A stretch of DNA of 64,000 bases. Origin: Mobula hypostoma. Its lineage: Eukaryota. The position numbers were made by a program, and so were the translations under genes. The stretch is from positions 43,898,001-43,962,000 of the forward strand of contig NC_086097.1 of assembly GCF_963921235.1 (NCBI RefSeq), given 5' to 3'. A model generated the notes under the pieces. That model was given only the letters and a program-made list of their open reading frames with translations. It was not told the origin of the DNA and searched no databases. Numbering within the stretch: position 1 is the first letter of the stretch; the number at the start of each line of letters is the position of its first letter. Below, one piece after another: positions 1 to 11,360 of the stretch.

Positions 1-425
1 GGCGAGTTGATGGATAAGAGCTACAGTCACACCTAAGTTGCAGGAGGCTGGGTGACTGTCAGGAAAGGGAAGGGAACAGGCAGACAATCCAGAGTATCTC
101 AGTGGCCATTCCCCTCAGTAAAAAGTATACTGCTTTGGATCTGGCTGGGAGAGATGTCCTGCTGGTGGAAAGACAGAGCAGCCAGGTCTCTGGTTATGAG
201 ACTGGCTCGATAGATCAGATGGGAAAGGGGGAGAAGAGGAGAGAGATGGTGATAAGGGATTTAATAGTTAGGGGTAATTATTGTTAATTACAATAATTGT
301 GTGGATGTGAAAGAGACTTTCAAATGGCAAGTTGCCTCCCAGGTGCCAGAGTCAGGGACATTTCAGATTGGGTCCATAGCATTCTATATGGGGAATGAGA
401 GCAGTCAGATGTTGTGGTACATATT
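1..425 (+). mobile_element. Degenerate CR1 LINE, ORF1 SGNH-esterase region (left part, interrupted by the PLE)
   Basis: Broken frames read CLPGARVRDISD and SDVVVHI, like the CR1 ORF1 esterase at 38004-38510. The element resumes at 2281. Confidence 0.8.
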
Positions 426-1855
426 CGTGACACTTCTCACGCTCTTAAACTTTTTGATGATTTTAAGTTCCCTGGCCCCCACCGCTTTATTTTCACCATG
501 GATGTCCAGTCCTTATATACTTCCATCCCCCATCAGGATGGTCTCAAAGCTCTACGCTTCTTTTTGGATTCCAGACCTAATCAGTTCCCCTCTACCACCA
601 CTCTGCTCCGTCTAGTGGAATTAGTCCTTACTCTTAATAATTTCTCCTTTGGCTCCTCCCACTTCCTCCAAACTAAAGGTGTAGCTATGGGCACCTGTAT
701 GGGTCCTAGCTATGCCTGCCTTTTTATTGGCTTTGTGGAACAATCTATGTTCTGTGCCTATTCTGGTATCTGTCCCCCACTTTTCCTTCGCTACATCGAT
801 GACTGCATTGGCGCTGCTTCCTGCACGCATGCAGAACTCGTTGACTTTATTAACTTTGTCTCCAACTTTCACCCTGCCCTCAAGTTTACCTGGTCCATTT
901 CTGACACCTCCCTCCCCTTTCTAGATCTTTCTGTCTCTGTCTCTGGAGACAGCTTATCCACTGATGTCTACTATAAGCCTACTGACTCTCACAGCTATCT
1001 GGACTATTCCTCTTCTCACCCTGTCTCTTGCAAAAACGCCATCCCCTTCTCGCAATTCCTCCGTCTCCGCCACATCTGCTCTCAGGATGAGGCTTTTCAT
1101 TCTAGGACGAGGGAGATGTCTTCCTTTTTTAAAGAAAGGGGCTTCCCTTCCTCCACTATCAACTCTGCTCTTAAACGCATCTCCCCCATTTCACATACAT
1201 CTGCTCTCACTCCATCCTCCTGCCACCCCACAAGGAATAGGATTCCCCTGGTCCTCACCTACCACCCCACCAGCCTCCGGGTCCAACATATTATTCTCCG
1301 TAACTTCCGCCACCTCCAACGGGATCCCACCACTAAGCACATCTTTCCCTCCCCCCCGCTGCATTCCGCAGGGATCACTCCCTACGCAACTCCCTTGTCC
1401 ATTCGTCCCCCCCATCCCTCCCCACTGATCTCCCTCCTGGCACTTCTCCGTGTAAGCGGAACAAGTGCTACACATGCCCTTACACTTCCTCCCTTACCAC
1501 CATTCAGGGCCCCAAACAGTCCTTCCAGGTGAGGCAACACTTCACCTGTGAGTCGACTGGGGTGATATACTGCGTCCGGTGCTCCCGATGTGGCCTTTTA
1601 TATATTGGCGAGACCCGACGCAGACTGGGTGACCGCTTTGCTGAACATCTACGCTCTGTCCGCCAGAGAAAGCAGGATCTCCCAGTGGCCACACATTTTA
1701 ATTCCACATCCCATTCCCATTCTGACTTGTCTATCCACGGCCTCCTCTACTGTAAAGATGAAGCCACACTCAGGTTGGAGGAACAACACCTTATATTCCA
1801 TCTGGGTAGCCTCCAACCTGATGGCATGAACATCGACTTCTCTAACTTCCGCTAA
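426..1855 (+). pseudogene. PLE polyprotein (RT-GIY-YIG), 5'-truncated, one frameshift near 1350-1360
   Basis: ORF 414-1532 carries the RT. After the C-run near 1351 the conserved sequence AFRRDHSLRNSLV continues in the frame of ORF 1529-1855. Confidence 0.9.
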
Positions 1856-2147
1856 GGCCCCACCTCCCCCTCGTACCTCATCTGTTACTTATTTTTATGC
1901 ACACATTCTTTCTCTCACTCTCCTTTTTCTCCCTCTGTCCCTCTGAATATACCCCTTGCCCATCCTCTGGGTCCCCCCCCCTTGTCTTTCTTCCCGGACC
2001 TCCTGTCCCATGATCCTCTCATATCCCCTTTGCCAATCACCTGTCCAGCTCTTGGCTCCATCCCTCCCCCTCCTGTCTTCTCCTATCATTTTGGATCTCC
2101 CCCTCCCCCTCCAACTTTCAAATCCCTTACTCACTCTTCCTTCAGTT

Positions 2148-2183
2148 AGTCCTGACGAAGGGTCTCGGCCTGAAACGTCGACT
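2148..2183 (+). ncRNA. Minimal type I hammerhead ribozyme in the PLE pseudo-LTR
   Basis: agtc-CTGACGA-agggtctcggcct-GAAA-cg-TC-gact. Stem I is agtc/gact and stem III is the palindrome ACGT, as in PLE hammerheads. Confidence 0.85.
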
Positions 2184-2280
2184 GCACCGCTTCCTACAGA
2201 TGCTGCCTGGCCTGCTGCGTTTACCAGCAACTTTGATGTGTGTTGCTTGAATTTGCAGCATCTGCAGAATTCCTGTTGTT

Positions 2281-3890
2281 TGTAGTACATATTGGTAGGA
2301 AAGGGGATGAGGTGCTGAAGAGTAAATATAGAGAGCTGATAGGAAGCTAAAAAGCAGGGCGCCAAAGGTGGTGATCTCTGGATTGCAGCCAGTGCCTTGT
2401 ACAGTGAGGATAAGAAAAGAATGGCATGGCAGATGAATGTCTGGCTGAAGAATTGGTGCAGGGAGAGGTGTTTCAGATTTGTGGTTCATGGGGATCTCTT
2501 CTGGGTAAGTTATGACCTGTATAAAAGGGAGCGGTTGCACCTGATCTAAAGGGAGGCCAATATCCTTGTGGGCAGGTTTGCTAGACCTCTTGGGAAGGGT
2601 TTAAACTAGGTTGGCAGGATGACAGGAACCAATGTGATAGGTCAAAGGATGAAACAGCTGGTGTAAAGATGTATGCAACATGTGGAGAGACTTTGAGGAA
2701 GGATAGGCCATGGGTAGGGCATAATTGCAGTCAGTTGAATGGGTTGAAATTATCTACTGCAATGAGAGAAGTAGGGTTATGAACTTAGTGTGTGGATCAT
2801 TACATTGTACTACAACGTTGTGGCCATTACTGAGGCTTGGCTGTCACAAGGACAGGAATGGCTGCTGAATGTTTGGGGATATAGATGTTTCAAAAGGGAC
2901 AGAAGGAAGTTAACAGTGGTAGGACAGTGGCAATGCTAATCAGGGATAGTACCACAGCTGCAGAAAGGGATGTCATCATGGAGGCATTGTCTACAGAGTC
3001 AATGTGGGTGGAAGTCAGAAATGGGAATGGAGCAGAATTTATTTTGGGTATTTAGAATACTCTATTTTGAGTATTCTATAGATCTCCAAAAGCCACCAGT
3101 TCACTGGGGCAAATTTTGGAAAGGTGCAAAAGTAACAGGGTTGTTGTTATAGGTGACTTCAACTTCTCTAATATTGATTGGCACTTCCTCAGTGCCAAAG
3201 GTTTAGATGGGGTAGAATTTGTTAGGTGTGTCCAGGAAGGAGTCCTGACCCAATATGTGGACAGGCTGATGGAGAAGAGGCCATAACAGGTCCACTACTA
3301 GCCAATGTACCTGGTCAGATGATAGACCTCTTGGCAAGTGAGTATTTCAGAGACAGTGACCGCAACTCCCTGACCTTTACCATAGCCTTGGCCAGGGATA
3401 GGAGCAGATGGATTTAATTGGGGGAGAGTGAATTCTGATTTATGAATTATGAAGCAGGAACTTGGAAGCATAAATTGGGAACTGATGGAAACATACAACA
3501 GAAATGTGGAGGTTGTTTAGGGAGCATTCACATGGTGTTCTGGATAGGTTTGTCATCTAGAGAAAGGGCACGAATGGTAGGTGAAGAAACCATAGTTGAC
3601 AAAAGAAATGGAACATCTAGTCATAACTTAAGGCATAGGAAGCAAGGATTTAGGCCTGGAATAAGGAGAAAAATTCTTTACGTTGTGAATGATAAATCTT
3701 TTAAATTTCCTATCACAGATGGCTGTAGATTTTCAGATATTTGGTATGTTCAAGGGCAAGGTTATTTAGATAATAAGGAATTGGAGGATATTGGGAGGAA
3801 TCGAGAAGGTGATAAGTCATGATCATATTGAATAGCAAAGTCATGAAGCCTACTCCCCTCTTCATAGTACTTATGTGGATATGTTCCATA
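2281..3890 (+). mobile_element. Degenerate CR1 LINE (rest of ORF1, endonuclease region and a 3'-end fragment)
   Basis: Broken frames with VAITEAWL and GDFNF endonuclease motifs; CR1-type 3' end near 3840-3890. Confidence 0.8.
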
Positions 3891-4149
3891 AATGCTTTTG
3901 TACAGGAGTCAATTGAACTTGAACCAGCATTAATGGTTTTATTGCAATAAAGCAACTGCATTAAATTAATTATTGCCAAGTGTACTGTCCAAAGACCATG
4001 CTGCGAAGTTTTAATTCCTGACTGTAAATTTAATAGGGTTTCTGTATTGGTAGAGTTGAGGATTGGCTAAAGGACTGAACTAAGTATTTCAGGCTTTCAT
4101 GATTTCCAAGCTCTTTATTCCATAGAAGATATTAACAATAGATTTATTT

Positions 4150-4485
4150 TTGCAATACCATGTTGAATTACCAGGTGAACGAGTTGTTTTTGGGGTACTG
4201 CAAGTCGGTGCCTTTATTGATGCTTGCTGTATAATTGAGTGCTCGGTGGAGGGCGCTGATGCTTTATTTGCTCGTGGGGGTGGGGGGGGGGTGTCGTTGC
4301 CTTGTTGCTGCTTGTGCACGGGAGGGGGGAGCTAGGGGGGGGCTTTAGGGTTCTAACATTTAACTGTCATTCATTCTTTGGGGCACTCCTCTGTTTTCGT
4401 GGATGTTTGCGAAGAAAAGGAATTTCAGGATGTATACTGTATACATTTCTCTGACATTAAATGTTCCGATTGAAACTTACTGAAA
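4150..4485 (+). mobile_element. 3' part of a non-autonomous, probably Rex1-related element
   Basis: Clear reverse-complement similarity to 11361-11680 (cattcattctttggggcactcctctgtttt, catttctctgacattaaatg). Confidence 0.6.
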
Positions 4486-5029
4486 TTGCACAATCTGCTT
4501 GTACATAAATAGAAATATGGCATCTGATGTGTACTCTGGATTGCCACAGCCAGTTCTGTTTTGGCTGAGGTGAAATGTGTTCTGTTGCATTCCATAGAGC
4601 TTTCACATTCTCAGCTATCCTGGCAGCTTTCATTTCATTGAATTTAATTGTAAAAGAATAACTTTTACATGCAAGTGTTATTAACTTAATAAAATACTGT
4701 TGAATAGACTTAACATATCTCTCAAGGTATTACTTTTACTGATGTTAATTTGAAATTGCAACTTGTAAGAGAATCATGGGCATTATGTAGAATTATGTAG
4801 AATTTCCAAGGGTTGGTATGGAATGCCACAGAGACTAATCAGATTAAATACATATGCATTTTTAATATTGAAAGCTTTCTTAAATTGTAAAAATTACTGC
4901 GAATGTTGGAACTGCTTGTTCAAATAGGATGTTGTTTTCAATTATTAGCAGTAGAATCTCTTCACAGTATAAGCATATATAAACCTGTTAAAATTGATGT
5001 TAGTTCTGATATAGTTTTTATTGATGGCG

Positions 5030-5156
5030 ACGTACACAAAAGGCTGAAGGAACTCAGCAGGTCAGGCAACATCTATGGAAATGAGTAAACAGACAATGTT
5101 TCGAGCTGAGAGCCCCTTCTTCAGACCCTTTTCCAGCATCTGCAGACTTTGGTGTT
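5030..5156 (-). mobile_element. PLE terminal fragment with a degenerate hammerhead, followed by an inverted terminal piece
   Basis: Minus strand reads CTGAAGA..GAAA-catt. The plus-strand PLE end ttccagcatctgcaga follows. Confidence 0.7.
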
Positions 5157-5572
5157 TATAATTTTTGTTGATTATTGCTAGCAAGTCCATATCTAGTTAC
5201 CATCCTTAATTCTCAGAATTACTAGCTGGCCAAGTGATCTTAGTGTGCATTTACAGGAAGAGTTAATTACGTCTCTATGAATCTGAATATATGCAAAATT
5301 CCATGTAGAGGGTGAACTATTCTTCCCTGAACAGATAAGTTTTTATGGAAATCCAGTAGTTTCACAGTAAATATTCCTTAAGTGAGCATTTGATTATATA
5401 CTTATTGACTTAAATGAGTTTAAATTGCCTTGTTGTCTATTTGAACCCATCCTGGTCTTTGGATTACAAGTCCAGCACCATATGTGATCAGATCATTCAG
5501 GATGAGCATAACTCTTTACAACATTACGAGTTGTAATGGTAGAATATTGGTAGAAGAGGGTTTTGTTTAATT

Positions 5573-6001
5573 GGAATCAGAATCAGGTTTAATGTCATCA
5601 GCATATGTCATAGAATTTATTAACAGTGACAGTAGTACAATGCAATACATGATCAATATAGGAAAAATAAATGAATTTCAGTAGATATATATATATTAAA
5701 TAGAAATCAAAAATAGTAATTCAAAAAACAGAAATAATTTTAAAAAGTGAGGTAGTGTTCTTGCGTTCAATATCTATTTAGGAATTGGATGGCAAAAGGG
5801 AAGAAGCTGTTTCTCATTCACTGAGTGTGTGCCTTCAGGCTTCTGTACCTCCTTCCTGACAGTACCAGTGAGAAGAGGGCATGTCCTGGGTGATGGGGGT
5901 CCTTAATAATGGACGTCACCTTTCTGAGGTACCGCTCTTTGAAAATGTCTTGGATACTACGGAGGCCAGTGCCCAAGATGGAGCTGACTAATTTTACAAC
6001 T
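5573..6001 (-). mobile_element. Rex1/Babar LINE 3' fragment
   Basis: (CTGATT)n-type tail. Minus strand encodes SGRRYRSLKAHTQ, matching the C-terminus of ORF 62276-63673. Confidence 0.8.
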
Positions 6002-6269
6002 AATTACTTACATTTATATATACATTCCCAAGAAGTTTCACATTGTGAGCTAAAGGCATAATAGAAGTTCTTGAGAGGCAGTAAGCCAGTTCTCATGCTG
6101 TTTCTATCAGTTGGTTCAACTAAGTTGATCAGAAATAGTAATTTTATGAATATAGCACAATAATGCAAGGCTTTTGGTTCTAGCAGAGTTATTGTGTTTC
6201 TCCTGATAAGCTGGATGATAAAATGTAATATGAGGAGAGGAGCATCATACTGGGAACTGTAACATGGGA

Positions 6270-6455
6270 TTATGGAGGCTAAGTCATTGGGTGCATTTAA
6301 GGTAGAGATAGATAGGTTCTTGATTAGCCAGGGCATCAAGGGGTACGGGAGAAGGCTAAGGAGTGGGGTTGACTGGAAGAATTGGATCAGCCCATGATTG
6401 AATGGTGGAGCGGGCTCGATGGGCTGAATGGCCTACTACTCCTATATCTATGTTT
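6270..6455 (+). mobile_element. CR1 3'-end fragment
   Basis: gatgggctgaatggcctactactcctatatctatg, a CR1 3' UTR motif. Confidence 0.75.
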
Positions 6456-7300
6456 TTTCAGCCACGACTCAGTGATGCCCAACTGTCACATGGACCAATG
6501 TCTAATTGAGCCATGAGTTCGTCCACCTTATTCTGAATGCTACGCACATTTAAATACAACACCTTCAATCCTGCATTCTTCACCCTTCCAAATTTAACTC
6601 TGCTCTGTCTGCATTTGTACCCAATCATTGGCTTGTCCTTCCTTACATTCATGTTATACCCATCAACTACTTGTAAACCTGCTGGCTCATCCTCAGCTCT
6701 GTCATCCTGGTTCCCACCCCCTTGCCATAATAGTTTAAACCACTCCCAACAGCTCTAGTAAATCTGTCCGCAAGAATATTGGTCCCCCTTGGATTCAAGT
6801 GCAACCCGTCCCTTTTGTACAGGTCCCACCTGCTCTAAAAAAGGTCCCAATTATCCAGAAATCTGAATTCCTGCCCCCTGCTCCAATTCTTCAGTCACAT
6901 ATTTATCTGCTACCTCATTCTATTCCTATCCTCTCTGTTGCATGGCACAGGCAGCGATCCCAAGATTACTACCCTTGAGGTCCTGTTTCTCAGCTTCCTT
7001 CCTAACTCTCTGTATTCTGTTTTCAGGATCTCCTCCCTTTTTCTTCCTATGTTGTTGGTACCAATATGTACCACGACTTCTGGCTGCTCATTCTGCCTTT
7101 TCAGGATATTGTGGATGCATCCAGAAACATCTCGGATCCTGGTACCTGGAAGGCAAACTACCATCCGTTTTTCCTTTTTACGTCCGCAAAATCACCTGTC
7201 TGTCCCCCTGACTATGAAGTCCCCGACAACTGCTGCCGTCCTCTTCAGTTCCCTACCCTTCTGAGCCACAGGGCCAGGAGCACGGCTGATGTTGCTTCCC
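6456..7300 (-). mobile_element. CR1 fragment (ORF1 esterase and start of the ORF2 endonuclease)
   Basis: ORFs 6910-7164 (VCLPGTRIRDV, HIGTNNIG) and 6458-6652 (LYLNVRSIQNKVDEL). Confidence 0.85.
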
Positions 7301-7304
7301 CGCG

Positions 7305-7448
7305 ATTTGAATTTAATGCTACTGACTCTCCGCTGCCGACTCCCCCAATGTAAACTGGTGCTTGTCCTCCCTCCTTTTCCTGAAGTCAATAACTAGGTCT
7401 TTAGTTATGCTGATGTTGGGTGAGAAGTTATTGCAGCACCATTCAACT
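7305..7448 (-). mobile_element. Rex1 RT fragment
   Basis: Minus strand reads WCCNNFSPNISITKDLVIDFRK, compared with [22 protein letters not shown] in the young Rex1. Confidence 0.65.
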
Positions 7449-7454
7449 AGGTAA

Positions 7455-7915
7455 CCAGAGAGAGTGCAAAGGAGATTTACAAAGATGTTTCCTGGATTGG
7501 AGAATGTGCCTTATGAGAATAGATTGAGTGAACTTGGCCTTTTCTCCTGATAGAGGTGTAAACGATGATGAGAGGCATTGATCATATGCATAGCCAGAGG
7601 CTTTTTCCCAGGGCTGAAATGGCTAACACAAGGGAGCACAGTTTTAAGTTGTTTGGAAGTAGGTACAGGGGGAATGTAAGAGGCAATTTTTCGTACAGCG
7701 TTGGGTATGTGGAATGCACTGCCGGTGACAGTGGTAGAGGTGGATATAATAGAGTCTTTTAATAGACTCCTAGAGAGGTACATGGAGCTTAGAAAAATAT
7801 AGGGCTATGCAGTAGGGTAATTCTAGGCAGTTTCTAGAGTAGGGTACATGGCTGGCACAACATTGTGGGCCGAAGGGCCTGTAATGTGCTGTTGATTTCT
7901 GTGATCTGTGATCTA
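7455..7915 (+). mobile_element. CR1 3' fragment
   Basis: ERVQRRFTKMFPGL and the same 3' UTR as 42046-42847. Confidence 0.85.
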
Positions 7916-8769
7916 TAATCCAGAATCTTGCAGTACAAGTGACCCCTACTTTACAAAAGATGATGTTCCAAGAAAACCATTCATATCATGATTTTCTATC
8001 ATACTTATTAAATCCATGTTATGCTGCAAATGAGATGAATTCCTGTAGAATGTTTTTCTCTCAGAAGTAATGATGTGGGTGGGGGGGTGGGTGGCACTTA
8101 AAGTTTGCCTTGTCAGTTTCGAAAGCAAGTCTTTTACGTGATCAGCAGCTGCATTTGGGGACACGAGCAACAGAAGATGCTGTGACCTTCCTTCAATCTG
8201 AATGGAGACACAAATTTTTTAAACACATATCAAAGGTTTACTTTATTGTCAAAGTGTGCACGCACAATACAACTCTGATAGTTGCCTACTTCATATAGCC
8301 ATCAAATACAGAAAAAGAATGGGTGTTGATGAAAGAAAAGACATCAATTCCACCCACTGGCATGAAAAAGAGAAGGAACAATACTCACAGGCCCGAAAAT
8401 ATAGCATATAGTGCTATATTTGACATTTCCAAAACAATGCCACTACCAAATATACATTCCCGACCCTTCCTCTTTCCATATTTTGAAAGGACTGTGTCCT
8501 TTAGGTCAATCTAGTTTACTTTTCCATAACCAGCATGAACAACACCTACCCAAGCTATTGCAGAAGCAGCAGTACTTGCCTTTAAACCTCCTTGTTTCTC
8601 ACCGTGCATGTCACAAGTACAAGTGAATCAGCAATTTACTTCTAGTTTTTTTCAAATTAGTGTAAAATATTTGCAATGCACTACGTGGTCCTCCCTACAC
8701 TGGAAAGACCAAATGCAAATTAGGTGACCAATTTATATTCTACTTCTGTTCAGTCAGCAAGCACAATAC

Positions 8770-9295
8770 TGAGCTTCAAGTTGTCCGTGCTTTCATTTGT
8801 CAACCCAATCCTATTAATATTCACTCTGACCTCTTTTGTCTTCAGCCTCTTACAATGTTCTAACGTGTTCAATAGCAGGCTGAGGAACACAGCTCATCTC
8901 CCACTATAACCTTCCCAACTCAATACTGAGTGCAATCTGGATACTAAGTATTTCCACCTTTCTTTGTTTTCATTGCTGCAATGAGACACTTTTCCTTTTA
9001 TAATTTCAACAATAGATCTGCTTATTTCTTCTACACTTCTAGACCAAAGTTTTGTTTCTTTACTTGTCCCATAATCATTTTCCATCTTGCATCATTCTGT
9101 AGTATTTTCATCTTCCTTACCTTCTCCCTATTACTGACCACCTTCCCTTTTGCGTTTTGCCTTTTTTCATTCTCAGCATTTTAAATTCTTTTGTTTTTAA
9201 CCTTTCACAGTCCCAATGATTGAAATAATATCTCATAATCCTATCTACATAGATGCTGCCTAACATGCTAAAAAGATCTAGCATTCCCTGTTTTT
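8770..9295 (+). mobile_element. Old degenerate PLE 3' fragment
   Basis: HSDL and gctgaggaacac remnants of the GIY-YIG C-terminus, a pyrimidine tract and the catagatgctgcc terminal motif. Confidence 0.55.
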
Positions 9296-9964
9296 AATCC
9301 CTTTTTTCACTTAGGGAAGTGATATTGTTCTCATTATTGCCAAGGTTCCATCACCTTATGTAATGGAAAGCATTGCCTGAACTATCAACTTCTCTAACTT
9401 GCAGTGCTTTACATGATACAACATACACTATTTACCCCAATATGTCAAGAGTACTTGGAAGTCAATAATTCTTAAACTCTTTAAGTTATTTGATCGAAAT
9501 CCGAGATTTCACTTTTACTTATTACAATTAATTTTGCCTGTTGCCTTTCAGATATACACAGAGCATTTGCAAAGAAACTACAACAAAAAACAATGATTGT
9601 GTCACATTGATTATTGTAAAGTTTTTCAGATTTTGAAATAAATCAGAAAATTACAGCTGGCTGTTGTTGAACCACACTACAGTATGATCCAGTGCATGTG
9701 GTGCTGCCTAGATTTGATCACCAGAGGGCAAGAACATTCAACTTTAAGACATTGAAATGCTGTCCAAAACTATTTGCAAAAGAATGTAGCAAATCAGGAA
9801 ATGGATAAATTTAGAATAGTATTAATCAGCAAAGCAAATGGACACATGGAAAATATGAAATTAGGCAGGCATCTGATCTGCTGAATTTATATTGTGCGTA
9901 CATTTATGACTGATATTTAGCCTGCATCCTCATAATATTCAATCTCAAGTAAATTAGGTTAAAA

Positions 9965-10245
9965 AACACAAGGATGTCCCTTTAGAACAGAGATTAGGAG
10001 AAATTTCTTTAGCCAGTGGGTGGTGAATCTGTGGAATTCATTGCCACAGACAGCTGTGAAGGCCAAGTCATTTAGGTACATTTAAAGCAGATGTTGATAG
10101 ATTCTTAATTAGTAAGGATGTCAAAGGTTACAAGGAGATGGCAGGAGAGTGGGGTTGAAAGGGATAATAAATAAATCAAGCATGATCAAATGGCAGAGAA
10201 GACTTGGTGGTCTGAGTGATCTAATTCTGCCCCATGTCTTAGAAT
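9965..10245 (+). mobile_element. CR1 3'-end fragment
   Basis: FRTEIRRNFFSQWVVNLWNSLPQ followed by the CR1 3' UTR. Confidence 0.85.
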
Positions 10246-10249
10246 AATG

Positions 10250-10975
10250 AAATTTCATTTCTTCCCACTGGGATTACGGCAGTGTTTCTCTAAGCTCTAG
10301 AGTTACAAAATACACGTGGACTAAGACGTTAACTGTCCTGTGCTATCACCAGTGGGATCATCAGTTGATCTGCCACCTGTCTTCAGGAGTTTCGGCCCGC
10401 TTATGATCAAGACTCCCTCGAGGTGGTGGGCCAGCAGTGCTAAAGCACCACCTCCCACTGGTGAGCTTAAAAACTTGGCATCTGCCTCTATCAGAGTTGT
10501 TGGTCACTTCCATCCAACAGATAGTCTGCTCTTCAGGTGTCTATGGAACTACTGAAGGGTTTGCAAAAGATGGATACGCTGTCTGACTATCTGCCCCTCT
10601 GGTGCTTTCTTCAACTCAACCAAATCAAACATGTACTTTCCAACATCATAAATCATATCGCCCATCACTTCCAACTTTCTCTTTGATGTTCCTCTGAGAG
10701 TATTCTCCAACATCATACTGATATCCTCATCAAATACACGCCAAGCCTTCTCATCTGCCATTGCTGGCCACTTGACCTTCCTCTTCTTCTCTACCTCCAC
10801 ACCACCGCCGTCATGCGAAGGATCTACCTGGGTACTGTGGTCTGAAACCTGACCTGGATTATCTCTCGTCTGACCTGGAGTATGATGACTCTCTCCAGAG
10901 CGAGTCGCTGTGGCTTGTGAATCAGTGGTTGAAAAGACCACATCATCTGTGCTTGGCGAAATAATCTCATCTTCA
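10250..10975 (-). mobile_element. Internally deleted HERO-like (restriction-like endonuclease class) non-LTR retrotransposon
   Basis: ORF 10549-10941 contains KVKWPAMADEKAWRVFDEDISMMLE, which resembles the HERO N-terminal region as I recall it. No RT is present. A highly structured 3' region follows. Confidence 0.7.
10346..10464 (-). ncRNA. Candidate non-circularly permuted hammerhead ribozyme
   Basis: Minus strand reads GGAG-UC-UUGAUC..GGGCC-GAAA-CUCC..GAUCAA-CUGAUGA-UCCCACUGGUGA, with six complementary helices (see findings). Confidence 0.7.
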
Positions 10976-10979
10976 TCTA

Positions 10980-11335
10980 TAAGAAAGCATAGCCTTTTAT
11001 GCCTTAGTTATTGAAGTACTTGTCTAGACTCTTCTTAAATGTTGTCAGAGTATCTGCCTCCACCATCTCTTCAAGCAGTGCATGCCAAGTCCAACGTCCT
11101 CTCAGATCTCCTGAAAACAAATAAATAAATCTCCTACTGCTCACCTTAAACCTGTTCCATCCTACCTGAGATATCCCCAATATGGAAATATTAGTTTTCA
11201 CTATCTGTCCACCTTAGAATTTTATATACTTGCAGCAAGTCACCTCTCTGCTCAAAACAAACCCCAGCCTATCCAGTTTCTACTTTTAACTGAAATGCTC
11301 TAATCCTGGCAACATCTTGGTGAATCTCCTCTGGG
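10980..11335 (-). mobile_element. CR1 3' fragment
   Basis: Minus strand reads VEADTLTTFKKSLDKY, and an RFTKMLPGL-like segment. Confidence 0.75.
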
Positions 11336-11360
11336 AGAATGAAATCCAGTGGTGTGGCAA

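Larger units (their letters stand above)
426..2279 (+). mobile_element. 5'-truncated Penelope-like element (probably Neptune type): RT, GIY-YIG endonuclease and 3' pseudo-LTR
   Basis: RT motifs FTMDVQSLYT, GVAMGTCMGP, LRYIDD and FLDL; Cys-rich linker CKRNKCYTC; GIY-YIG motifs VIYCVRC, LYIGET and RFAEH. Flanked by ttgtggtacatatt (412-425) and ttgtagtacatatt (2280-2293). Confidence 0.95.

Noticed and set aside
10250..10345. Second ribozyme (twister-like) downstream of the permuted hammerhead
   Set aside because: Short palindromes are present, but I could not fit the twister, pistol or HDV consensus.
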